A stretch of 64,000 bases of DNA, from IMG/VR virus record IMGVR_UViG_3300036792_000363, positions 32,001-96,000 of that record; one strand, given 5' to 3'. Position 1 is the first letter of the stretch; each line of letters starts with the position of its first letter. Position numbers and translations under genes: made by a program. The stretch comes from a virus. Below, one piece after another: positions 9,569-18,944 of the stretch. The notes under the pieces were generated by a model. That model saw only the letters and a program-made list of their open reading frames with translations. It was not told where the DNA came from and made no database searches.

Positions 9569-12500
9569 AAGGCGATCCCCCTCCCGGCGAGGAACGCGAG
9601 GCGGTTGGAGCTTCTCGTGATCGAGTCGCTCGGCTTCTCGGGCCGCGGGTTGTTAATCGTTAGCTGGCCGACCTCCAGGCCGACGGTGCGCCCGGCCGCC
9701 TCCGACAGCGAGCGCGGCATGGTGCCGGTCGCCTGCGAGGAGAGCTGGCTCTGCATGGTGGCCGACAGGCCCGGCAGGAACAGGTTGGGCACCACCCCGC
9801 CGGCCGCCATGCCGGCCCCGAACATCGACGACACGGCCGCCGGGACCCCGCCCCCGCCGGCGAGCCCGAACCCGTAGTCCCCGCCGGGGGACCCGCCGCC
9901 CGGCCCGCCGACGATGAGGCTGTTCAGGTCCACCGTGACGGGGGCGTTGCCCGGGTTGCGCACCGTGATGCCGGGGATCAGGTACTCGCCCCAGATCCCC
10001 TGCCAGGCCTTGGCGGCCCCGGCGACGTCGCCCTCCAGCATCTGCAGGTGGTCGTAGGTGTCGCCCCACGCCTCCGGCCGGTACTCCTTGCCCACGGAGG
10101 CGTTGCGCAGCGCCGCCGCCCACCCCGTCAGGCTCCGCTCGGCGGCGGTCCAGTCCCCGGAGGTGAGCGCGGCCGGGTCGTTCACGTCGGCGAAGATCGG
10201 GCTGAGCGCGGCGTTGGCGTTCTTCTCCGCGAGGGCGGCGCCGGCCCGCTGGGCCATCCACGTGTTCCACTGGGCCTGGGTGGGGGCCTTCCCCCCGGCC
10301 GGCCGGGGCATCTGGTAGAGGGCCTGCCAGTTGCCGAACGCCTGCTGCCAAGTGGCCTTCATTCCCCTGGTGCTCTTGCCCGCCACGTCCTTCTCCAGCT
10401 GCCCGACGTCCGCCCGGGCGTTGGCCCAGAACTCCGGGTGGTACTGCCGCCCCAGGTTCATCGCGCCGAGCGCGCTGTCCCAGGAGGCCAGGTCGCGGCC
10501 GGCCAGCTGCCACTCGGCCGTCGTCGGGGCGCGGGCGCCCAGCAGCGCGTCGACCGCCTTGTTGGCGTTCTTCTCGGCCAGGGCCGCGGCCGTGCGCTCG
10601 GCGTCGAACTGCAGCCACTGCGCGTTCGTCGGGCCGTACCCGGCCGCCGGGCGCTTGTTGAGCTGGTAGAGGTCCTGCCAGGCGATGAACGCCTGCTGCC
10701 ACTGCGGGTGGATCTGCCCCGCGTACCTCGCCCAGGCGGTCACGTCCGCCTTGGGGATGACGGAGCTGGTGGGCACCGGCGGGACGGCCAGCGCGCTGCC
10801 GACCTGCTTCCACCCCTCGGTCAGCAGCGCCTTGTCGGGGGTGTGCCACGACGTGCCCGCCGCGGTCTGCGCGATGGCGGCGGCGTACAGCGCGGCCTGC
10901 TCCGGCTGGGACTTCCACCGGGCGGCGCTGGAGGAGTTGACCGACGTGCGGTAGTACGGCTCCATCAGCCGGGCGGCCTTGGTCGGGTTGTAGGCGTCGG
11001 CGGCGGTGAACCCCTTGTGCTTGCGCAGGTTGGTCAGCCACGCGCCGTACTCGTCGGCCGACGGGTCCTTCGCGGTCGCGTCCCAGCGGGACAGCAGCCA
11101 CGACGCCAGCGCCATCGACTCCCGCTGCTCCAGGTTGCCGGTGACCGACTTCAGCGCCGACACCACCGGGCCGCCGCCCGCGTACCACCCGTCCGCCAGT
11201 TCGTGCGCCCAGGCCCCGACCGGCGTCCCGTAGCGGTCCTTGATGTAGTTGATCATGGCGGTGATCTGGCCGACGGCCGACGCGCTGCTGCCGCCGTACT
11301 GCGCGTACTCCGACGGCCCGTTGATGAACTGCGCCAGCCCGTACGCGCCCGACGTCGGGTTCCTGGCGGACAGGTTGTAGCCGGCCTCGCGCATCTCGAC
11401 GTTGTTCAGCGCCGACCAGTTCGCGCCGGTCCACCCGACGGAGGCGGCCATCGACTGCATCAGCTTCTGGATGGTCGCGCCGGCGCCGGTCGGGTGCAGG
11501 GAGGAGCCCGCCGCCTCGGCCTTGGAGGTCTGGCCGTTGATGTAGTTCTCGACCCCGTTGTGGATCTGCTGCACCCACGACGCGGCCATGTCCCCGGGGG
11601 TGCCCAGGTGCTCCAGCCCGGCCTCCGCGGGGGCCCCGCTGACCGACCACATGGCGTCGAAGACGGCCTTCTCGCCGTACCGGGCGACGTCGCGGGCGGC
11701 CCCCGCCACCCCGCTCCAGGCCCCCTTCGCGAGGGACCCCACGTCGCCCGCGACGTCGCCCAGCCAGTTCCCGATGTTGTTGATGATCCCGCCGCCCGCG
11801 TACCTCCCGGTGGCCGGGCGGCGCTGGCTGGCCGCGTTCCCGCGCGACCCCGAGCCCAGCCAGGCGTCGGCGTTGTTGAGGTGGTCCATGAAGTCCGGCC
11901 CGTAGGCGGCCTGCAGCGCCATCCGGGCGGGCTTGCGGAGCATGTACTCCCCGCCCATGGCGATGATGTGGGTGCCGTCCTCGTCGCCGGTGCCGGGCAC
12001 CGAGCCCGACGCCATCGGCACCCCGCCGCCGCGCGCCAGCTTGGGGATCGGGCTGATGTGGACGCCCACCACCCCGGTGACGGAGTTGATGAACCCGATG
12101 ACGGTGTTCATCCCGCCGATCGCCCTGTCGATGCCGCCCTTCAGCCCGCCCCAGATGGCGTTGGGCATGGTGGTGGTGAACCAGCGCTCCATCGGCTGCA
12201 CCAGCCCCCGGCTGAAGTCGGTCCAGCCCTGGCTCCAGAACTTGTTCCAGTCCCGCCCGAGGCCGTCGAACCAGTTCGGCATCTGGCTGTTGAAGAACTT
12301 GCCGACGTCCGAGACCAGGTAGTGGCCGAATCCCTGGCTGACGTTCACCCAGACCCCGGTCAGGGCCGTGCCGGCGCTGATGAACCAGCCGGTGACGGTG
12401 TTGTTCCAGAACTGGTCCCACGGCGCGCGGATGTTGCCGTCCCACCACCGGTTGAACGCCTGCCATCCGGCGATGAGGGCGTTGTTGGAGGCGTTGTAGG

Positions 12501-15500
12501 CCTCGGGGATCTGCTTGTTGAAGAAGTTGCTGAGCGGGTGGTTGACGTCGTTGAAGAACCCGGTGTAGACGGCGTTCCAGCCTACGTTCGCGGCGTGCGG
12601 GAGGGTGTCGGTGAACCAGCGGGCGAGCTTGGCGGTGTTGGCGTCGCTCTGCGCCATGTAGCCGGGCGGCGGGTTGTAGGCCTGGCCGTAGTCCCTCTGC
12701 ATCTCGGCCAGCCGGGACTGCAGCGGGGTCAGGTTGAGCGTCGGGGTGATGGGCTTGCCGAGCTGCCCCTCCACGTCCCTCAGCCGGTTCTGCAGGGGGG
12801 TCAGGTTGGGCAGCGTGTTGGTCGCCTTGGTCGTGTCGGCCGCCCACAGCTGCAGCGCCTGGGCCCGCTTGACCCCCATCTGGGTGAGGGTCGCGACGAA
12901 CTCGTTCTTCGCCTGGTCGAGCCCCTGCGGGGTGGTGCCGTAGACCGCGATGAGCGCGTTGGCCACCGAGGTCGACAGGCTCACCTCCTGCGCGGTGGGC
13001 CCGTTCGCGACCGCCTTCCGGTTGGTGAGGATGTACTGGTAGAGCCCGGCGACCGCCTTGGTGATCTGGGGCATGGCGACCAGCCCGTTGGCGATGGCCT
13101 GGGTGAGGTTGGTGCCGACGGCGGCGGCCAGGTTGAGCACGTCGGTGCTGAGGTTGGAGCTGCCGGTCTGCAGGGTCCCGACCTGCTTGTTCAGGTCCTT
13201 CAGGGTCCCGGTGACGTCGTGGTTGCCGCCCGACCACTTCTCCAGGGCGTCGTAGGTGGCCTTGCCGGTGTAGCCCATGGACTGGGCGAGCGCGTAGGTG
13301 CCCTGCACCGACTCCTCGCCGGCCCCGCCCTGGGCCAGCATGATCGACACCAGGTCGCGCCCGGAGGCGGCGAGCGCGGCGTTGGTCTTGGCGGTGTTGC
13401 CGGCAGCGGCGTTCTGCTCCAGCAGGTTGTTGTAGAGGGTCTGCCCGGACGACAGCTGCGACTCCCACGACTGGCGCAGGGTGAAGCTGGCGGCGTTGAC
13501 CCCGCCCATCGACGCGCCGGCGGCCTTCAGGTTGGTGGCCACCGTGTAGATGCCGGACCCGAAGGCGTCCAGGGCCGTCTGCCCCTGGGTGGTGAGGGTC
13601 AGGAACGCGGTGAAGTCGGCGGTCAGGGTGGCGATCGAACTGGACTGCAGCTCGCTGGAGAGGGTGACCGCGTTGATCGCCGCGCCCAGTTGGTTCATCC
13701 CGTTCTTCAGCTGGTAGCCGGCCACCCCCATGTTCAGCCAGCCGGTCACCAGGTCGTCGACCTTGGTCTGCTGCGTCGCCAGGTTGTCGGTGACCTTCAC
13801 CCCGGCCAGGTCCATCAGGGCGAACGACTCCTGGGCGGTGGTGCCGTACTTCTTGGTGGCGTCGGCGGCCTCCGCCAGGGTGGTGGTCCAGTCCTTCTGC
13901 TCGGCGGTCTGCTCGCGCAGCACCAGGGCGGTCGACCCCGGCTGCTGGTTGGTCCCGGTGATCGCCTCCCACAGGTCCTTGTAGACGCTCAGGTGCAGCC
14001 CGAACCCGGACGCGTCGCGGAACAGGTCCGACCAGCCCTGCGCCATGTTGCCGACGAAGTTGCGCTGGTTGGTCGACGCCGCGGTCAGCCACTGGCCGAT
14101 GGAGGCGAGGTTCGTCTGGATCCGGGCGAACCCCTGGCTGGCGTTGTCGGACGCGAGCGCCTGCTGCAGCCCGGCGACGTAGGACTTGGCCTGGCTGCTG
14201 GCCTGCGCGGCGGAGTAGATCGCGTAGCCCACCGCGGCGATGGCGGCGGCTATCGCCAGGATGCCCCCGGCCGGGACGGTCGCGAAGGCCGTCTTCATGC
14301 TCGCCCCGAGCGCGTCGAACGCCCCGCCGACCAGCGGCAGATTGCCCAGCAGGGTGACCAGCCACACGGACACGAACTCAAGCTGGGTGACCACCCACAC
14401 CAGCGCGCTCGCCAGCAGGCCGCCGTAGTGCACCACCGCGAAGAACGCGATGCCCACGGCGGTGGCGTACGGCCCGACGATCGCCAGCGCCTTGGCCACC
14501 ACCGACAGGGCGTAGGCGATGCCCTCGAACAGCAGCTCCGAGACGTGGGTCAGCTCCCCCGCGCGCAGCAGCTCGCCGAAGAGCTGCGCCAGCGACCCGC
14601 CGATGGACCCGAGGATCCGCAGGTCGTTGACGGCGGTGTTGATCAGCTGGCTGAGGCCGCTGCCGCGGTTGGCGAGGGCGGACTGGATCTTGACCGCCAG
14701 GTCCTCCACCCACGTCCCGGTGGTCTTGACGATCGACTGCAGCAGCCCGGTGTTGCGGGTGACGATGTTGATGGCGGCCCCGTAGAGGGTCACCGCCTCG
14801 GGGGCCATGGCGGTCTGCAGCGACCGGAGCGAGACCGGCAGCGGCTTCATGGTCGCGTTGAGGGTCCCCATCTGGTCGGACAGGAAGCCGATGTGCTGGG
14901 TGGCCTGGCTGATGGGGCCGTTGCCGGTGGACAGGGCGTCCAGCGCCGTGTGCAGGCCCAGGAACCGGTTGTAGACGTCCTTGGCGGCCGGCTCGATGGC
15001 GACCGCGAACGCGCCGAGGGCGACCCCGGCGGCGACGACGGCGGGCACCAGGACGATGAAGAAGTCGAGCAGCGTGTGCAGCGCCAGCGCCCACACGCTG
15101 ATGTGGCCTAGCAGCGGGACCCCGGAGAACACCCCGGCGAACAGGGTGAGCTGCCGGCCCCAGAACCCCCACAGGCCGCCTGCCGTGCGCGCGGCGTTCC
15201 CGGCGGTCCCGGCGGCCGCCCCGGCGGCCTTGGAGGTGGCGGCGGAGCGCACCGCCTCGTCGTCGGTGCCCTTCATGGCCGCTTCGAGCGAGCGCCAGAA
15301 CTCGGCGTCGTCCCCGCCGTCCGCCGCGCCGGGGGCGGTCGGCGTCGGCGGCTGCCCCGCGCCCCCGCCCGCGCCTGCTGTGCTGGCGGCCTCCTCGAAC
15401 CGGCGGGCGGCCGCGTTGGCGGCCCCGTAGGCGGCGGTCAGGCTGTCGGCCTCGGCGGCGAGCCTGATCATGTCCCGCAGCGCGTCGTCGCTGCTGGCGT

Positions 15501-17469
15501 TCAGGTCCTCCTGGCTGATCCCCAGCAGCCGGGTGATCGCGTTGAGGGCGAGCAGCTTCTGGTACGAGCTGCCGGAGGCGTCCGCCAGGGCCCGGATGTT
15601 CGCCACCGCGTCGGCGATGGTGGGGACGGTGTGCCCCTCCAGCACGTCCCCCAGGTCGGCGGCGGCGGCGTCGTCGTCCCGCATGGCCTGCGCGGCCTCC
15701 GCGGCGGACTCGCCGATCCCGCGCAGCTCCTCGTCGGTGGCGGAGAAGATGGGGGCGTCCGCCTCCAGCTCACGCCGGAGGGCGGCCGGCCCGATGGCCA
15801 GCTGATCGTTGAACCCGAGGTCGGCCAGCGCCGCCCGGGCGATGAGCGCGTCCCGCGCCAGGCGGGCGGTGTAGTCGTCGACCTGGTACCCCAGCAGCGA
15901 GAAGCTGCCCGCGGCCCCCTCGTTGGCGACGGCCAATTCCGCGGCGGACCTGGCGGCCTGGTCCTGCGCGCCCGCGTAGTACTCCAGGGCGAGCCGGGCC
16001 CCGGCCAGGGCCTGCGTGCCGCTGCCGGTGGCCGCGATGCTCGCCAGGATGCCCCGGATGCGGCCGTCGTCGCCCTGGTTCAGCACCTCCTGCGACATGG
16101 CGAGCAGGAGGTTGGCGGCCCGCGCCGCCCGGGTCTGCTGGGTCAGGCTGGACGAGGCGGCGGCCAGCGCGTTCGCGTTGCCGACGGCATCGCCCAGGTG
16201 GACGCCATACTCGATGGCCGCCTTCCCGGCGGCGCTCATCCCCAGCGCGGTCTCGGCGGCGGACTCGCCCACCGCGCCGAGCGCCCTGTCCATCTCCTCG
16301 AACAGGGGGGCGTCCTCGGCCGCGTCCTGGCGCGCCCGCTCCCAGTCGTCTAGCAGGCTGCTCCAGGCGGACTCGGAGGTCCCCGGGGAGCCGCCCCCGC
16401 CCCCGCCGGACGTCCCGCCCATGCCGAGCGTCGTCGGGGCCTTGATCTCCCGCGCCCGCTCCATCATGGTGTCCAGCGCCTCGTTCACCGCGGTGTCGTC
16501 CAGCTCCGGGCGGAAGACGTACTTCTCCCGCACGGCGTCGGTCAGATCCCCGACGAACGCCTGCAGCCCGCTCTCGGCCTTCTGGTCGTCGAACTCGGAC
16601 CGGAACACCACCGGGGGGACCGCGCTCGGCGGGAGCGCGGCGGGCTCCGGCTCGGCCCTCGGCGCCTCCTGCCCGACCAGCGGGATGCCCGTGCGCATCG
16701 AGGACGAGAGGATGTCGAGCGACTCCGCGCGCGGGATGGCGGCCAGCGACGCCCGGTAGGCGGCGATCTGGGCGATGGCGGGGGCGTCGTCGAAGAGCGC
16801 CTGGGTGGTCACCACCGACGGCAGCCCGGTGAGCGCGGCGGCATAGGCGCTGGCCCCGCCGCCCAGCTGCCCGAGCGACTGGTGGGTGCCGAGGACCGCG
16901 TTATCGTACGCCAGCATGGCGGCGGTCTCGATGCCGATCGCGGCGGCCCGGGCGCGGATGGCGGCGGCCTGCGAGGTGGACCCGGCGATCTCGCGCTGCA
17001 TGAAGCCCAGGTACTGGTCGGCGGTCAGGTAGCCGGCGAAGTGGGCCTTGTTCTCCAGCAGCGCCAGCTGGTACATCTGCTGCCGGTAGCTCATGGCCTG
17101 CTGCACGGAGGAGAACCCGAGCCAGTGCTGGCGGTTGAGCAGGGTGGTGTAGTTCAGCTCCTGCGCGATGTCGGACAGGTGCTGGGCCATGTTGGTGCGG
17201 CCGCCGTAGAGCAGCTGCTGGTTGGCCTGCTCCGCCGCGGTGGCGGCCTGCGCGAGCGCCTGGGTCTGGTCGCGGATCGCAACCGTGTCCTTCTGGCGCG
17301 CTGCGGCGGCCTGGGTCGAGCCGGCCACCTCGGCCGCGGTCTCGGCCTTAACCGCGTCGGCCATCCCCTGCAGCGCGGCCTTGGCCTGGGCCGCGTCGCG
17401 CATCAGGCCGGAGAAGTCGCCGACCGCCTTGTAGATGACGTACCAGTACTCAGGGCCCTCGTAAGCCAC
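9361..17469 (-). CDS. Tape measure protein with C-terminal lytic transglycosylase domain
   Basis: Ala-rich helical giant ORF after the tail chaperones; SLT motif EMREAGYN...SGAYGLAQF...YIKDRYG. The natural end appears to be at 9568-9570 (TTA); the formal stop is at 9361. Confidence 0.9.
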   Translation of the reverse strand: MAYEGPEYWYVIYKAVGDFSGLMRDAAQAKAALQGMADAVKAETAAEVAGSTQAAAARQKDTVAIRDQTQALAQAATAAEQANQQLLYGGRTNMAQHLSDIAQELNYTTLLNRQHWLGFSSVQQAMSYRQQMYQLALLENKAHFAGYLTADQYLGFMQREIAGSTSQAAAIRARAAAIGIETAAMLAYDNAVLGTHQSLGQLGGGASAYAAALTGLPSVVTTQALFDDAPAIAQIAAYRASLAAIPRAESLDILSSSMRTGIPLVGQEAPRAEPEPAALPPSAVPPVVFRSEFDDQKAESGLQAFVGDLTDAVREKYVFRPELDDTAVNEALDTMMERAREIKAPTTLGMGGTSGGGGGGSPGTSESAWSSLLDDWERARQDAAEDAPLFEEMDRALGAVGESAAETALGMSAAGKAAIEYGVHLGDAVGNANALAAASSSLTQQTRAARAANLLLAMSQEVLNQGDDGRIRGILASIAATGSGTQALAGARLALEYYAGAQDQAARSAAELAVANEGAAGSFSLLGYQVDDYTARLARDALIARAALADLGFNDQLAIGPAALRRELEADAPIFSATDEELRGIGESAAEAAQAMRDDDAAAADLGDVLEGHTVPTIADAVANIRALADASGSSYQKLLALNAITRLLGISQEDLNASSDDALRDMIRLAAEADSLTAAYGAANAAARRFEEAASTAGAGGGAGQPPTPTAPGAADGGDDAEFWRSLEAAMKGTDDEAVRSAATSKAAGAAAGTAGNAARTAGGLWGFWGRQLTLFAGVFSGVPLLGHISVWALALHTLLDFFIVLVPAVVAAGVALGAFAVAIEPAAKDVYNRFLGLHTALDALSTGNGPISQATQHIGFLSDQMGTLNATMKPLPVSLRSLQTAMAPEAVTLYGAAINIVTRNTGLLQSIVKTTGTWVEDLAVKIQSALANRGSGLSQLINTAVNDLRILGSIGGSLAQLFGELLRAGELTHVSELLFEGIAYALSVVAKALAIVGPYATAVGIAFFAVVHYGGLLASALVWVVTQLEFVSVWLVTLLGNLPLVGGAFDALGASMKTAFATVPAGGILAIAAAIAAVGYAIYSAAQASSQAKSYVAGLQQALASDNASQGFARIQTNLASIGQWLTAASTNQRNFVGNMAQGWSDLFRDASGFGLHLSVYKDLWEAITGTNQQPGSTALVLREQTAEQKDWTTTLAEAADATKKYGTTAQESFALMDLAGVKVTDNLATQQTKVDDLVTGWLNMGVAGYQLKNGMNQLGAAINAVTLSSELQSSSIATLTADFTAFLTLTTQGQTALDAFGSGIYTVATNLKAAGASMGGVNAASFTLRQSWESQLSSGQTLYNNLLEQNAAAGNTAKTNAALAASGRDLVSIMLAQGGAGEESVQGTYALAQSMGYTGKATYDALEKWSGGNHDVTGTLKDLNKQVGTLQTGSSNLSTDVLNLAAAVGTNLTQAIANGLVAMPQITKAVAGLYQYILTNRKAVANGPTAQEVSLSTSVANALIAVYGTTPQGLDQAKNEFVATLTQMGVKRAQALQLWAADTTKATNTLPNLTPLQNRLRDVEGQLGKPITPTLNLTPLQSRLAEMQRDYGQAYNPPPGYMAQSDANTAKLARWFTDTLPHAANVGWNAVYTGFFNDVNHPLSNFFNKQIPEAYNASNNALIAGWQAFNRWWDGNIRAPWDQFWNNTVTGWFISAGTALTGVWVNVSQGFGHYLVSDVGKFFNSQMPNWFDGLGRDWNKFWSQGWTDFSRGLVQPMERWFTTTMPNAIWGGLKGGIDRAIGGMNTVIGFINSVTGVVGVHISPIPKLARGGGVPMASGSVPGTGDEDGTHIIAMGGEYMLRKPARMALQAAYGPDFMDHLNNADAWLGSGSRGNAASQRRPATGRYAGGGIINNIGNWLGDVAGDVGSLAKGAWSGVAGAARDVARYGEKAVFDAMWSVSGAPAEAGLEHLGTPGDMAASWVQQIHNGVENYINGQTSKAEAAGSSLHPTGAGATIQKLMQSMAASVGWTGANWSALNNVEMREAGYNLSARNPTSGAYGLAQFINGPSEYAQYGGSSASAVGQITAMINYIKDRYGTPVGAWAHELADGWYAGGGPVVSALKSVTGNLEQRESMALASWLLSRWDATAKDPSADEYGAWLTNLRKHKGFTAADAYNPTKAARLMEPYYRTSVNSSSAARWKSQPEQAALYAAAIAQTAAGTSWHTPDKALLTEGWKQVGSALAVPPVPTSSVIPKADVTAWARYAGQIHPQWQQAFIAWQDLYQLNKRPAAGYGPTNAQWLQFDAERTAAALAEKNANKAVDALLGARAPTTAEWQLAGRDLASWDSALGAMNLGRQYHPEFWANARADVGQLEKDVAGKSTRGMKATWQQAFGNWQALYQMPRPAGGKAPTQAQWNTWMAQRAGAALAEKNANAALSPIFADVNDPAALTSGDWTAAERSLTGWAAALRNASVGKEYRPEAWGDTYDHLQMLEGDVAGAAKAWQGIWGEYLIPGITVRNPGNAPVTVDLNSLIVGGPGGGSPGGDYGFGLAGGGGVPAAVSSMFGAGMAAGGVVPNLFLPGLSATMQSQLSSQATGTMPRSLSEAAGRTVGLEVGQLTINNPRPEKPSDSITRSSNRLAFLAGRGIALCPARRWGPTPRMRSGTSTGSRCRPATTTWPPSGGRAPGCRRCAARTTRCPTGRASCGGPSTRTSAPSP
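9654..9660 (-). promoter_or_regulatory. Class A promoter variant ACGATTA inside the tape measure 3' end
   Basis: Forces the rare codons CTA ACG ATT AAC in an otherwise GC3-rich gene; lies upstream of Dit. Confidence 0.45.
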
Positions 17470-17617
17470 GGCTCACCCTGCCGTCGATCAGATCGGCGGA
17501 CCGCTCCAGCACCCGGATGACGACCCGCAAGGCGAAGGTTCGGCGCTTAGCCCGGGTGGCCAGCACCTCCGCTGCAGCCCGCAGCGTCTCGGCGTCGGCC
17601 GGGCGATTGCGCTCCAT
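17450..17617 (-). CDS. Hypothetical protein
   Basis: 55 aa starting MERNRPADAETL; ATG overlaps the upstream TGA; GGGAGG-like RBS. Confidence 0.4.
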   Translation of the reverse strand: MERNRPADAETLRAAAEVLATRAKRRTFALRVVIRVLERSADLIDGRVSRGLRGP

Positions 17618-18177
17618 CACTCCCTCCCCGGAACCGGCGGCGGGCCGCCCATCATGGACAGGAAGGCCTCGTACGAGCCGCTCGCGTTCTCGGCGTCCAC
17701 GCCCTTGTCCGGGTCGGCCGCCACCTTGGCGAACCGCGAGTCCTCCGACACGTCGCGCGCCACCATCGGCCCGCGCATGCGGTCAAGCTCCTCCTCCTCG
17801 GGCGAGCGGGTGCCGAGGATGTCCAGCGACAGGGCCATATCCACCAGCGGGTTGCGCCCGCCCGTCTTCTTGGTGTCGATCTGGGCCTGCGCGCCGATGA
17901 AGCTGCACACCGTCTTGACCTGCCATTCGATGAGCTTCAGGCGGGTGTGGTGCTCCCGGTCGCGGCGGGCTCGAATGGCCTCGATGACCTGTCGTAGTCG
18001 GCAGACGGGGAGGTCGAGAAGGTACTCGTCGGACCATCCGTACTCGTGGCTGAGGGTGTCGAAGGCTGCTGCGAAGGCGCCGACGAGAGATCCTGCGGGC
18101 TCAGCTCCGGCTCCGCCGGCTCCTTGTCCTGCCCCGTCTTGCGGAACAGGGAGATCATCCGCTCCAGTTTTTTTCCC
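17617..18177 (-). CDS. Tail assembly chaperone GT, -1 frame extension
   Basis: The -1 frame relative to G encodes FDTLSHEYGWSDEYLLDLPVCRLRQ, typical of the T portion of tail chaperones. Confidence 0.75.
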   Translation of the reverse strand, partial: GKKTGADDLPVPQDGAGQGAGGAGAEPAGSLVGAFAAAFDTLSHEYGWSDEYLLDLPVCRLRQVIEAIRARRDREHHTRLKLIEWQVKTVCSFIGAQAQIDTKKTGGRNPLVDMALSLDILGTRSPEEEELDRMRGPMVARDVSEDSRFAKVAADPDKGVDAENASGSYEAFLSMMGGPPPVPGRE

Positions 18178-18623
18178 AGGGCCTGCAGCTCGGGGGCCTC
18201 CTGGCGCACGATGGCCTCCACCAGGTCCATCGTGTCCTCGATCTCCGGGTTGTGCATGTCCTCGTTGAACCGGGCCCACAGCGCGGCGTTCGCCTCGGTC
18301 TCGGCCTTGGTGAGCTGGGAGGCCTGCTTCTCCACCAGCCCGGCCGGGCGGGTCATGGAGGCGAGGAACGCCACCGCCTCCTGCTCGGCGTCGGGGATCG
18401 AGACGACCACCAGCATCAGCAGCTTGCCGGCGAACTCCGACGCCTCGCCCTTGAAGTCGAGGCTGTTCTGCATCAGCGCCGGCCCCGCGCCGTGGGTGAG
18501 CACCCGCAGCAGGCGGAAGAACTGGCGGGTGCGCATCCGCTGGATGTCCAGCGTCAGCCCGGTGTGCAGCTTGCACTGCAGCGGCTGCGGGTCGATCCGG
18601 TCCAGCTCCGACTGCTCGGCCAT
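17937..18623 (-). CDS. Tail assembly chaperone G
   Basis: ATG 18623 with GGGAGGG RBS; located between tail tube and tape measure. Confidence 0.8.
   Translation of the reverse strand: MAEQSELDRIDPQPLQCKLHTGLTLDIQRMRTRQFFRLLRVLTHGAGPALMQNSLDFKGEASEFAGKLLMLVVVSIPDAEQEAVAFLASMTRPAGLVEKQASQLTKAETEANAALWARFNEDMHNPEIEDTMDLVEAIVRQEAPELQALGKKLERMISLFRKTGQDKEPAEPELSPQDLSSAPSQQPSTPSATSTDGPTSTFSTSPSADYDRSSRPFEPAATGSTTPA
18168..18177 (-). other. Programmed -1 frameshift slippery site GGGAAAAAAA
   Basis: G-GGA-AAA-AAA in a GC-rich gene; a -1 shift enters the 17617 frame; matches the actinophage GGGAAAA site. Confidence 0.8.
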
Positions 18624-18661
18624 GCGGCCCTCCCGGGGGCTCTCGGCGGTGTTGTCCGGGG

Positions 18662-18668
18662 CAATCGG
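18662..18668 (-). promoter_or_regulatory. Class A promoter variant CCGATTG
   Basis: Lies just downstream of the terminator and upstream of chaperone G. Confidence 0.5.
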
Positions 18669-18687
18669 CGGGCGGCGCCGGGCAGCG

Positions 18688-18743
18688 AAAAGCGGTGCGC
18701 CCCGGATTTGTTTTGCCGACAAGCTCCGGTGAGGCGCACCGCT
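18688..18743 (-). terminator. Intrinsic terminator-like hairpin
   Basis: AGCGGTGCGCC/GGCGCACCGCT 11 bp stem plus an inner stem, followed by a short T run on the minus strand. Confidence 0.6.
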
Positions 18744-18752
18744 CCCTCGATA

Positions 18753-18944
18753 CTACGGGTGAGCCCCGGTGTTGTCGGGCAAGTCGGGGTTCTGCTGGTT
18801 CTCGGCGATGACCTCGCCCCCGGTGACCGGGCCCTCCAGGTCCTCGTGCTCGTCCGGCTCGACCCCGGCCGCGGGCTGGCCCTGGGCCATGCCCGCGACG
18901 CCCGGCTGCGGCTCCTGCGGCTCGTCCTTCTTGCGCCCGGCCAC
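18753..18944 (-). CDS. Small acidic protein (or read-through extension of tail tube)
   Basis: 63 aa; its GTG directly follows the tail tube TAG in the same frame. Confidence 0.6.
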   Translation of the reverse strand: MAGRKKDEPQEPQPGVAGMAQGQPAAGVEPDEHEDLEGPVTGGEVIAENQQNPDLPDNTGAHP

